In this document: one piece after another, positions 1 to 8,301 of the stretch
How the letters are laid out: each line of letters opens with the position of its first letter
Numbering within the stretch: position 1 is the stretch's first letter
Assembly: GCA_034188985.1 (NCBI GenBank)
Contig: JAXHVT010000032.1
Coordinates: 1-36,848 of the forward strand
Length of the DNA: 36,848 nucleotides
DNA from: Actinomycetota bacterium
GTDB taxonomy: Bacteria; Actinomycetota; Geothermincolia; Geothermincolales; RBG-13-55-18
Direction: 5' to 3'
Translations under genes and position numbers: made by a program
Notes under the pieces: model-generated
Databases searched by the model: none
Seen by the model: the letters and a program-made list of their open reading frames with translations, nothing else
What the model was told of the DNA's origin: nothing

Positions 1-114
1 AACAACAAGATCAAGGTCATAAAGAGGGTGGCCTATGGGTATAGAGATGAGGAGTACTTCTTCCTGAAGATACGGGGAGCTTTCAGGCCGGCTACCCACA
101 CTTCTGGGAGATGA
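1..114 (+). CDS. 3' end of a DDE transposase, ISL3-family-like (partial; gene continues upstream of the window)
   Basis: Frame 1 from nt 1 reads NNKIKVIKRVAYGYRDEEYFFLKIRGAFRPATHTSGR then TGA at 112-114. The NNKIKxxKRxxYG[YF]R block matches my recollection of the conserved C-terminal segment of ISL3-family transposases. Family assignment is from memory and not searched. Confidence 0.5.
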   Translation, partial: NNKIKVIKRVAYGYRDEEYFFLKIRGAFRPATHTSGR

Positions 115-391
115 GCCATAATTGTTTATCATCTTTAAGATTGATATGTAACAGTTTCAAATCAGTTTGTACTGAATCCATGAGCGCGTCTCGAACAGCG
201 TCAATCAAAGAATTACCAATCTCGCGGTAATGGGATTCACCAGCAGTCCTTATAGAAGGTCGAAAGCCGTTACAAATATCATAATCGTGTATTCCAGTAG
301 AAGCATTGAAGTGTTCTATATAATACTTTAGCCATCGAACAAGGGTCGGAACCCTGCTGCTACCAAGAGCTAAAGAATAGACGGCAAGCAC
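92..391 (-). CDS. hypothetical 99-aa ORF; 5' end overlaps the upstream 434-aa gene by 22 nt and 3' end runs into the transposase stop region
   Basis: ORF track only. No motif recognised. It sits in the AT-rich block and overlaps the IS-like end, so it may be a gene truncated or fused by IS insertion, or it may be spurious. Confidence 0.2.
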   Translation of the reverse strand: MLAVYSLALGSSRVPTLVRWLKYYIEHFNASTGIHDYDICNGFRPSIRTAGESHYREIGNSLIDAVRDALMDSVQTDLKLLHINLKDDKQLWLISQKCG

Positions 392-1674
392 TCTTTATAC
401 CAGTAAGGTTCAACACCTGCTGACGGTTCAGTGCTAATCTTCGATGTCTTCGTTGGTGGGCGTGGACAAAAATAGGCATAAGCAAGCTGCATCCCCTTGT
501 CATGATGATCGCTTTCGAGCAACCTGACAATAGCTCTTGCAATATCCCTGGGATCAATTCTAAAGTTACCAATCTTATCATCGGGCCATTTTTTCATCTT
601 GTGGACAAGCCTTGCTAAATCAGCTGGGTCTAAAACCGTTGCGGCCTCTACAATCCCTCGCCTTACCCACTCATTGTTCGAACCAGCAATAGGCTCCAAT
701 ATATCTGCCACTTCTTTGCTGGCGATTGATACCATTCGAACAAGATAATCGATCTCTGGCCACAGGCCAGATAGAACATAACCATCAGTCTGAATCTTGC
801 TTTCGGGGGGATTAGCAAAGACACCTTGCTTTTTAAGTGCAGCTATCCAATATGGATTGTTCAACTTGGAATAAAAAGCTCTCCTCAATGATAGATTTCC
901 CAAACGAGCCAGCGCGGCGCGTACTTGTCCTTCACTTGGGTTTTTATATTTATATTCATTATTTAATACATTCGCTTGATTAATAAAATCTTGCAATTCA
1001 TCATAAACATCAAAGAAAGCCCCTAAGCGATTCCTAAGTGATGCTTCTATATTCTCAAGATGCGATAAAATTTCCCTTTCAGATGGCAAATTCCTTGAGC
1101 GTAATCCGATTGGAATTTTTCGCTTGAAGTGCACAAAGCTCATAAAATAATCACGCGCCGCTTTCCACGGCTTTACAGCTGGATCGTGAGCATCAATTCT
1201 CCCTAGCACTACAGCGGAATCGCGTTGAACTTCCCTAGTTGTTCCCTCGCTTACCGATTGAACTAACTCGCCTACTACATAAAGTAAACTTTGCGGTATA
1301 GTAACTAACTTGGGTTGCCCAATCTCTTCAACTTTATTTGCGTTCATATCTTCTGGCGGCAAACCACCAAAAGCTTCATACTCGTCAACGAGCAACTTCT
1401 GCCGTTCACGCTCTTCTTCTCTATCGCAATTAGCAGGAAGACCGTCCACATCATTTAGAGCATCCTGAATTGAATTCATCAACTCACGAAGACAGTGTCC
1501 TATCAGAGCAAATCGAGCCATTTCTTCGCCAGGCTCTGCAGGAACGGATAGCAGGTTTATCGTCCACCGATATAGGCCAGCAAGCTGAGGGTCTACATCC
1601 TGAAGCTGTTCATAAAGTGATTCCCTTTCTTTGTTCCATAGTTCAATATCTTTATCTGGTTCCATACAGACCAC
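370..1674 (-). CDS. hypothetical protein, 434 aa, second gene of the low-GC ATPase operon (candidate effector or partner)
   Basis: Long ORF in the AT-rich block, same strand as the ATPase gene and ~52 nt downstream of it. No family recognised by eye. Starts at GTG 1674 or ATG 1664. Contains R-x4-H strings (e.g. REILSH), but such strings occur by chance. Confidence 0.6.
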   Translation of the reverse strand: MVCMEPDKDIELWNKERESLYEQLQDVDPQLAGLYRWTINLLSVPAEPGEEMARFALIGHCLRELMNSIQDALNDVDGLPANCDREEERERQKLLVDEYEAFGGLPPEDMNANKVEEIGQPKLVTIPQSLLYVVGELVQSVSEGTTREVQRDSAVVLGRIDAHDPAVKPWKAARDYFMSFVHFKRKIPIGLRSRNLPSEREILSHLENIEASLRNRLGAFFDVYDELQDFINQANVLNNEYKYKNPSEGQVRAALARLGNLSLRRAFYSKLNNPYWIAALKKQGVFANPPESKIQTDGYVLSGLWPEIDYLVRMVSIASKEVADILEPIAGSNNEWVRRGIVEAATVLDPADLARLVHKMKKWPDDKIGNFRIDPRDIARAIVRLLESDHHDKGMQLAYAYFCPRPPTKTSKISTEPSAGVEPYWYKECLPSIL

Positions 1675-1726
1675 TCGTTATCTACATACATTCAGAACTT
1701 ACATATTGCGAGAGCTTGGCAGCCAC

Positions 1727-3883
1727 TTAACATCCGCTCATTTTTAGGTGATGATATTTGTCGTGTCGTTCGATGGTTCCAATTAAGAACTTAGATGACT
1801 CATGAATTTCAGAAGGATTTTTTGGTTGATTGGTTCTATGAGAATAGATATTACAGATATCCAATAGTTGGCGTAGTTTACGCTGCTCGGTATTTGATAT
1901 ATCTGCTTTCTCTTTACCAAAAAGAGCCTTGGAAATATCACCTGTATGAGCAGCAGTTGCAAAATCAACATTGACGCGAAATTTGACATATTCTTCAATG
2001 ATACGACGCATCGTGTTTGGCATATTTAAAGCATCGTCGTCGGAAATACTTGCTCCATCCATCTTTCTAAACTCATCAACTTTTTGATAAAGCCTCATGT
2101 ATGGTGTAAGTAATTTCTCTTTATTAACTGGATGAATGTTGCTAATCCCGCCATGCTTCTGGATTTCAAATAACGAAATCTTCTCGCCTTTTCGCCCGTA
2201 AGCAAGATTACAAAAATCATCCCACGAATGAGTTAGCACAAATATCTGTGCAGTCTCTTGATCTAGCATGCTGCAAATAAGATTTGTGATGTAAAACTTA
2301 TAATTGCCATCAAGACTAGATATAGGATCATCGATAACAATGAGTTTGATTGCATCTTTCAGCTTGCCAGACTTATCAATATGCATTTCGTAACAGAAAT
2401 AGATTAAAGATAGAAGATTCCGTTCCCCGTCGCTAATATCTTCAACTTTTATGCTCGGCCCATCAGTGTGGGTAATGGTGTACACCCCACCACTCAATGA
2501 GAGGTTAAAATCTATATTGAGATCTTTTAATATTGCATTTAAAAACCCTGCGAAATCAGCTAAATCTGACTTTTGCGCCAGCAAATGTTTATTCTCCAGT
2601 TCAAGTTTGATTTGTTGCTCGCGCAATTCTATAATCTGAGCGTCAGCAGCCTCAATTTCATCTATATTTTCTGTAATCGTGTTATTATTCTTGATTTCAA
2701 AACCAATTGCACCTTTTACCAATGTTTCGAGACGGTTAATTTTTTCATTTATATCCTTTGTACTCTGTGCCTTGGCGTCTTCTAATGCTTCCATTGCATC
2801 ACCAATATTTTTTATTGCATTAGGCAACATATTACTGTCAATCGTGTGTGTGATACCCATGTCCTTTATCTTCTTATCAATGTCCTCATTTATGAATATT
2901 AGAATCTGTTCCATGCTGACTGAGACGTCATCAAATTTCACTTTGCCGTCGGTGAGGCTAAGCACTTGCACATAAGTGTCTCTTTGATCAACCAACAGCT
3001 TCGCCACCTCGTAAAGTTCAAGCAGTGACTTCTTCAAAGTTTCCAGTATTTCGTTTGCCTTGTGCTTTTCATTATTTAGGTAAGCGTCCACACGCTTTCT
3101 TATTTCATCGATATCAATATCAGCACCACAAAACTCACATCGTTTCTTGCCTTTGTGAATTCCTATACCACCTTGCAGCCAGTTCACAACTTCGTACTCA
3201 GGCACATCAATGTATTCATATTTTGTTCCGAATATGCTTGCCAGGTCACCAAGTTTATTGTCATCAATTTCCGGCATTTTAGGGAACGTTATAAGGTTTA
3301 CCTGTTCACTTTCTGCAGAGAAATCGGCACTGCCAGTAATGGCATTATAGTCTTCGTTGGGAAAGTTTTTATCTGCATATTCATAATCCTTAACCCACAA
3401 ATAAATTTTTTCCTGAACGGTTTTGTTATCGGGTTTATTATTTATCTTCCTGTTCTTTCCTTTCCTACGCTTTACTATTTCTTTGATCAACTGGTCGGTC
3501 TGCTTAGTGAGGTTCTCTTTAATAACATTATGCTCGTCTATACTTTTTGTTAATTCGGCAACTTTCTTCTTGTTGACATCAACCTTATTCTCGATGTCTA
3601 CGTCTATTGCGCCAAAATTAGAAACGACACCACGAATTCCGGATCTGTCCTCCAATAGTAAGGTGCTCTCAACGTACTCGCTGTTAAAGAATCGTGCCGA
3701 ATCTTTACCGTTGATTTCCAGATACGCTTTTTTTATTCCGTGTGAAAGCGCGCTTTTTCCAGCACCATTACATCCAAATATTATGTTAGTTTGATTGAAT
3801 ATTGCGGTTTTTAAGTTGGACGAAGTTTTCCAAGATTTATAGATATGATTTTCAATATTTTTGACATACAATGCCTGACTCAA
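1727..3883 (-). CDS. SMC/ABC-type ATPase, RloC/PrrC-like (AAA_13-type) with CxxC zinc hook in a coiled-coil insertion; C-terminal ~190 aa of unknown function
   Basis: Walker A NIIFGCNGAGKSAL near the N-terminus. A ~450-aa K/E-rich coiled-coil insertion carries KKRCEFCGADID (CxxC). ABC signature ISDGERNLLSLIYF, Walker B KLIVIDDPISSLD and H-loop FVLTHS follow. TTG start with a GGGAGAGG Shine-Dalgarno ~9 nt upstream. Low-GC codon usage, unlike the rest of the window. Confidence 0.8.
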   Translation of the reverse strand: MSQALYVKNIENHIYKSWKTSSNLKTAIFNQTNIIFGCNGAGKSALSHGIKKAYLEINGKDSARFFNSEYVESTLLLEDRSGIRGVVSNFGAIDVDIENKVDVNKKKVAELTKSIDEHNVIKENLTKQTDQLIKEIVKRRKGKNRKINNKPDNKTVQEKIYLWVKDYEYADKNFPNEDYNAITGSADFSAESEQVNLITFPKMPEIDDNKLGDLASIFGTKYEYIDVPEYEVVNWLQGGIGIHKGKKRCEFCGADIDIDEIRKRVDAYLNNEKHKANEILETLKKSLLELYEVAKLLVDQRDTYVQVLSLTDGKVKFDDVSVSMEQILIFINEDIDKKIKDMGITHTIDSNMLPNAIKNIGDAMEALEDAKAQSTKDINEKINRLETLVKGAIGFEIKNNNTITENIDEIEAADAQIIELREQQIKLELENKHLLAQKSDLADFAGFLNAILKDLNIDFNLSLSGGVYTITHTDGPSIKVEDISDGERNLLSLIYFCYEMHIDKSGKLKDAIKLIVIDDPISSLDGNYKFYITNLICSMLDQETAQIFVLTHSWDDFCNLAYGRKGEKISLFEIQKHGGISNIHPVNKEKLLTPYMRLYQKVDEFRKMDGASISDDDALNMPNTMRRIIEEYVKFRVNVDFATAAHTGDISKALFGKEKADISNTEQRKLRQLLDICNIYSHRTNQPKNPSEIHESSKFLIGTIERHDKYHHLKMSGC

Positions 3884-4073
3884 AATATTCGACCTCTCCC
3901 CTGCACCCTAATGAAGCACGCCAATCCTGGATAGGTTCAGCACTACCATTGCATCTATTTTATCACGACTGCTCTGCTTTAGTCGCTTACCCTGAAAGCC
4001 CGATGCAAGTTATGGCTCTTGGCCTCAAATGCTATCGTCGTCTTGATTAACTTTCGTTCATTATCCCCAAGTC

Positions 4074-4259
4074 TTAGTATTTCCATTTTTCTCGTTCAGT
4101 CGCATCTTCGCACCAGACCAATTCGTCCCCCGTACGAGCCCTATACCTAGATGGCCGACAGCTTAAGAGATCATTGATCAGATTGGCTATATTCTTGTGA
4201 TTACGGTCGTCATCGTCTTTAGACACGTTTGACTCTATCAATCCTTGAGAGACATTCAC
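4074..4259 (-). CDS. small 61-aa ORF upstream of the ATPase gene (speculative)
   Basis: ORF track only. Lies in the AT-rich leader of the operon. No motif recognised. Confidence 0.15.
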   Translation of the reverse strand: MNVSQGLIESNVSKDDDDRNHKNIANLINDLLSCRPSRYRARTGDELVWCEDATEREKWKY

Positions 4260-4264
4260 ATAGG

Positions 4265-4334
4265 ATGGGGGTCAGGTCTCGAATATAGAGTAATTAACCA
4301 GTATATGGAATATATCTCGACAGGCTGACCCCCC
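4265..4334. terminator. inverted repeat GGGGGTCAGGTCTCGA ... TCGACAGGCTGACCCCCC with ~35-nt AT-rich loop, abutting the antiporter stop; coincides with the GC-content boundary
   Basis: Read directly: gggggtcagg at ~4267-4276 pairs with cctgacccccc at ~4324-4334. The antiporter stop codon (TAA on the minus strand) follows at 4335-4337. Confidence 0.35.
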
Positions 4335-6296
4335 TTACATGGGGTAGACGATCACGGCCAGGGAGGCCTCGCTGCCGTCCGCCAGCTGCTCCGGTATCCT
4401 CCCCAGGCAGGACCCGAAGCGCATCCTGGAGACCAGGGTGGACACCACTATCAGGTCCGTGGAACTGGTCCTGGAGACGACGTCGCGCACCACGTTGCGC
4501 CCCAGCTTGAAGGCCTTATGGGATGGCCCCATATCCATACCGTCGAGGTGGGAGCGCAGATCCTCCAGGTAGGACTCCTCGGAAAGCACTATCATGGGCA
4601 CGTTCAGGGCGGCGGACAGGGTGGCCACCGTCTCCAGCACGTCCTCCATAGATCCCTGCGTGCAGCTGTTCTGCGGCACCACCAACACCACCCTCTTTAT
4701 GGCGTTGATGGGATGGCTGATCCTCCCCACCATCACCGGTATCTCGGCGTTCCATAGCACCTGGTCCACGATGGAGCCGAAGGCGCTCTCGCGGTAGGTC
4801 TTCTCGCTGTGCCATCCCATTACTATCATGGTAACGTCGTTCTCGATGGCGGCGTGTAGGATACCGTTGACCACATCGGTATCCACCCGGTGCAGCAGCT
4901 CCACATCGGTATCGGGGTCGTTCAGATCCTCCGCGCCCATCAACAGCTCCATTTCCTCCGACCCGCTGAACCTCTCGCTCTGCCTGCGCAGGGTTACGTG
5001 AAGGGAGAACAGCTTGCCGGAAACGGTGCGGGCCAGGATACCCGCCAGCTCGATCAGTCTTTCATGTGTCCGCGGATTCGCCAGGGAGACCAGTATCCTG
5101 CGGTAATGAGAATCCTTCTCCTCCGGGACAGTGGTGGGTACCAGGCGGGAGCCGAACCTCTGCACGATAATGGAGGAGGTGATGCAGGTGACCATGACCA
5201 TTAAAACACCGCCGTTGAACACCGCCGTGGTAAGCAGGCCCATCTCCACCCCTACCAGCAGGATGGCCAGGGTCGTGGTCGCCTGGGCCTGCGAGATCCC
5301 CCACATGGTCATGAGCTCGTCCCGGCTGTACTTGAAGATCCCCGCGGCGATCCAGGAGGGTATGAGCTTGGTCAGGTAAACCGACATGATCATGATCCCC
5401 CCGGCCAACAGGGTGTTGGGCTCGGTAAACATGGTGGCGGGATCGATTATCATCCCGATGTAGATCAGGAATATTGGGATGAAGAAGGCCTCCCCCAGGA
5501 ACAGTACCCGGTTGATGACCGAGCTGTGGGAGGGCAGAGAAGAATTGATGGCCAGACCCGCCAGGAAAGCGCCGATGATCACGTGCATCTCGATAAGCTC
5601 GGCCAACAACGCCGCCACCAGGAGCACCAGAATTATGAACTGGAACTCGATCGCCCTCCCGGTGAAGCGTTTGAAGAAGAACTTGCCCAGGCGCGGCACC
5701 ACTATCAATATGAACAGAGTGTAGGCGATAAACATCGCGACCTGCAATATATAACTTAAGACCGATATGCCTCCCCCTTTGGTCCTGACCACGAAGGCCA
5801 GCACCAGCAGCGCGGACACGTCCGTGAAAACGGTGGCCCCGAGGGTGGAGGCGACCGCCTCGTTACGCAAGATGCCCAACCGCCTCAGAATAGGGTAGTT
5901 TATGAGAGCGTGGGAGGCGATCACGGCTCCCAGCAAGATGGAGCTGTTCAACTCGAACCCCAGCCAGCGCCCGACGATTATTCCCACCAGCACGGGGATG
6001 GCGAAGGTGAGTATGCCGAATACGATGGCCCTGTTGCGCACCTTCTTGAACTGGCGCAGGTCTATCTCCAGGCCCACGCTGAACATAAGGTATATCAGGC
6101 CGATAACGGCCAGGGTCTCGATGGTGTATTCGGTGGAAAGCAGGTTGAGAACATGGGGCCCTATGATGATCCCCCCGATGATGATGCCCACTATGCCGGG
6201 CAGGCGGAAGCGCTCAATTATGAGCGGGGCCAGGAGGATGACGGCCATTATGGCCAGGAAGATCGCCACGGGGTTCTGTATCAAGGGCTCTTCCAT
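4335..6296 (-). CDS. monovalent cation:proton antiporter (CPA/Kef-NhaP type) fused to C-terminal tandem universal-stress-protein-like domains
   Basis: 653 aa. About 12 hydrophobic helices with a Na+/H+-exchanger-like N-terminus (MEEPLIQNPVAIFLAIMAVILLAPLIIERFRLPGIVG...). The soluble C-terminal half has two USP-like blocks (VLVVPQN..., DLIVVST...). Confidence 0.8.
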   Translation of the reverse strand: MEEPLIQNPVAIFLAIMAVILLAPLIIERFRLPGIVGIIIGGIIIGPHVLNLLSTEYTIETLAVIGLIYLMFSVGLEIDLRQFKKVRNRAIVFGILTFAIPVLVGIIVGRWLGFELNSSILLGAVIASHALINYPILRRLGILRNEAVASTLGATVFTDVSALLVLAFVVRTKGGGISVLSYILQVAMFIAYTLFILIVVPRLGKFFFKRFTGRAIEFQFIILVLLVAALLAELIEMHVIIGAFLAGLAINSSLPSHSSVINRVLFLGEAFFIPIFLIYIGMIIDPATMFTEPNTLLAGGIMIMSVYLTKLIPSWIAAGIFKYSRDELMTMWGISQAQATTTLAILLVGVEMGLLTTAVFNGGVLMVMVTCITSSIIVQRFGSRLVPTTVPEEKDSHYRRILVSLANPRTHERLIELAGILARTVSGKLFSLHVTLRRQSERFSGSEEMELLMGAEDLNDPDTDVELLHRVDTDVVNGILHAAIENDVTMIVMGWHSEKTYRESAFGSIVDQVLWNAEIPVMVGRISHPINAIKRVVLVVPQNSCTQGSMEDVLETVATLSAALNVPMIVLSEESYLEDLRSHLDGMDMGPSHKAFKLGRNVVRDVVSRTSSTDLIVVSTLVSRMRFGSCLGRIPEQLADGSEASLAVIVYPM

Positions 6297-6450
6297 CTAT
6301 CGCCACTCCGTCCCTCGACCATGGGCTATCACTGCATTAACTCGAAAGCCGGCGAAGGCGCCCTCCTGTCTCCGGTTGCCCTCAAGGTAGTTTTTCGCCC
6401 TTCCCACCCGCCAGGCCTTTTAACCGGCGGAAAGGCACTGTGTTACGTTC

Positions 6451-7548
6451 TCAAGAGGAGCGCGGTGTTCCCTGGTGTTCCCGCTCCAGTTGAACGGTGC
6501 GTATGGGGAAGGGTATGACGATCCCCTCCTCGTCGTATCTCCGCTTGAGCCTCTTTATAAATTCGTGCTTAACCAGGTAACCGTCCACGTATTCCCGGAC
6601 GCGGAGTATGACCGTGAAATCCACGCTGAAATCGGAGAAGGTATGGTATCTCATGAAGGGCTCGAAGTGCGGCACACCGCCTTCCACCTCTTTCAAGACC
6701 TCCCTGGCCACATCCACCGTGACCTCCTCCACCTTCTCCAGGTCGCTGTCGTAGGCCACTCCGGCCTCGAACAGCAGCGACATCTCTTTCACCGGCCGGT
6801 GATAGTTAGTGATGATGGCCGAGGCCAGCTTGGCGTTGGGCACCACCACCAGGTTATTGGGCAGCGTCTTGACCGTACAATTTCTCCAGGTCACATCCAC
6901 GACATGGCCCTCTTCACCGGTATCCAGCTTGATGTAATCACCGGGGGTAACCTGCTTGGAGGCCAGGATATACATGCCCGAGAACAGGTTTGAGAGGGTG
7001 TCCTGAAAAGCCAGGGCTATGGCAAAACCGCCGATGCCAAGGGCGGTGATGATTGGAGTGATGGGTATGTCCAGGACGATCAGGATGACCAGGATCCCGG
7101 TGATAACGACCACGATCCTCACGATGTTTCCTATTATCGTTGTGGAGGGAACGGCTCCCTCGGCCCTCCTGAGATAGGAATCGACCAGGCCGGCAGAGAT
7201 CCTCGCCGCCACCAGGGTGATGGAGAAGGCCACCAGGACCAGCAGTATCTTGTTGTAGATATCCAGTATGTCGGGCCTGAAATCGAAGAAACGGGTCACG
7301 GAGTAAAGGCCCACCGTGACCGACCACAGGACGATCATACCCCGCAGCCCATGCTTCACCGTCCCGTAGGTCTCCCAGCCCTTCCTGAACCATATCCTCC
7401 TGACCGCCGTCAGAACCAGCTTCTCCAGTATCAGGCCGAAGACCAGGCCTCCCATGATAAAGGCCGCCGGGATCACGAACTGGTTGCTGGTAAAGAAATC
7501 TCTTGCGTTCATCATACCCAACACCTTAAATAGAAACGTCGCTATCAC
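6451..7548 (-). CDS. MscS-family small-conductance mechanosensitive channel
   Basis: 365 aa. TM helices followed by GGFAIALAFQDTLSNLFSGMYIL...PGDYIKL...G.VVDVTWR.T.V.T..N..V.VPN, the MscS pore-helix and beta-domain signature. Confidence 0.85.
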   Translation of the reverse strand: MIATFLFKVLGMMNARDFFTSNQFVIPAAFIMGGLVFGLILEKLVLTAVRRIWFRKGWETYGTVKHGLRGMIVLWSVTVGLYSVTRFFDFRPDILDIYNKILLVLVAFSITLVAARISAGLVDSYLRRAEGAVPSTTIIGNIVRIVVVITGILVILIVLDIPITPIITALGIGGFAIALAFQDTLSNLFSGMYILASKQVTPGDYIKLDTGEEGHVVDVTWRNCTVKTLPNNLVVVPNAKLASAIITNYHRPVKEMSLLFEAGVAYDSDLEKVEEVTVDVAREVLKEVEGGVPHFEPFMRYHTFSDFSVDFTVILRVREYVDGYLVKHEFIKRLKRRYDEEGIVIPFPIRTVQLEREHQGTPRSS

Positions 7549-7844
7549 CCCCGCGACCTCCGCGAATAACCGTCATTGTTAAAAAACATATGACTCCCTC
7601 ACTCGGTCGCGGGTTCCCCATCTTAATCCTAACCGCGGCGTTTTTCTCGAAAACCGGGGTTGCTAGTATCAAAAGCGCCGCTGAGCCAGTTCCGCAGCCA
7701 TCGTCTACTATTATCAGCATTACCATGGCTGGGTATTCCAAAACATGGCCGGCATCCGCGGGCGACCTCGATTCACGACCTCGGAGGCCGGACGTCGCTT
7801 TCAGCCGCGCAGCCCCAGCGGTCCCGTGCGTGGCCTTTTAACGC

Positions 7845-8285
7845 TCAGGTGGCGTGAAATGTCAGCCGGTAGTTCCCCAGCTCCAGCACATCTCCGTCGC
7901 TGAGTACATACGCCTGCTGCGGGATGAGAGCGGTGCCGTTTACACAGGTGGAGTTGGTGCTATTGAGGTCCACTATATAATACTCGCCCTGCCCGCGTAT
8001 GATCTTGACGTGCATCCTCGAGACCCCCCGCTGCAGGGCGGCCTCATCCTCTAGGGTGACGTCCGGACGCTGCCCCCTGGCCGGATCGCCCCTGCCGATT
8101 ATGGCCTCCTTATCCTGCTCCAGTGAGTACTCTTTGCCCGTCTCCTCCGACCTCAAATGAACCCCCCTCACACCGAGAGGTGAAAGGTCCCCGGGTGCTA
8201 CCGCTTCAGCCAGGGGTGCACCGCAGCTGTCGCAGAACTTGGCGAAATCAAGGTTGTCGTTCCCGCACCGCGCACATCTCTTCAA
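7845..8285 (-). CDS. FHA-domain protein with N-terminal zinc ribbon
   Basis: 146 aa. MKRCARCGN...CDSCGAP (CxxC-x-CxxC) then an FHA core RMHVKIIRGQGEYYIVDLNSTNSTCVNG...LSDGDVLELGNYRLTF. Confidence 0.8.
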   Translation of the reverse strand: MKRCARCGNDNLDFAKFCDSCGAPLAEAVAPGDLSPLGVRGVHLRSEETGKEYSLEQDKEAIIGRGDPARGQRPDVTLEDEAALQRGVSRMHVKIIRGQGEYYIVDLNSTNSTCVNGTALIPQQAYVLSDGDVLELGNYRLTFHAT

Positions 8286-8301
8286 ACCCTTCTCCCCCTT
8301 A

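Noticed and set aside
1470-1730. 86-aa plus-strand ORF spanning the gap between the two island genes
   Set aside because: Antisense to the 434-aa gene and the intergenic promoter or RBS region, with no start context. Likely spurious.
3884-4334. Looked for a tRNA or tmRNA gene at the island boundary as an integration target
   Set aside because: No cloverleaf-compatible sequence or GTTCGA/TTCGAAT-type T-loop found by eye in the 450-nt gap. Cannot exclude one without a tRNA scanner.
4516-5379. Multiple 60-160-aa ORFs overlapping or antisense to real genes (e.g. 4516-5379, 5902-6518, 8239-9384, 10017-10826, 17981-19042, 29038-29603, 30790-32091)
   Set aside because: Typical stop-codon-poor shadow ORFs of high-GC DNA. 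Translations are Arg/Pro/Gly-rich with low complexity, and they overlap well-supported genes.
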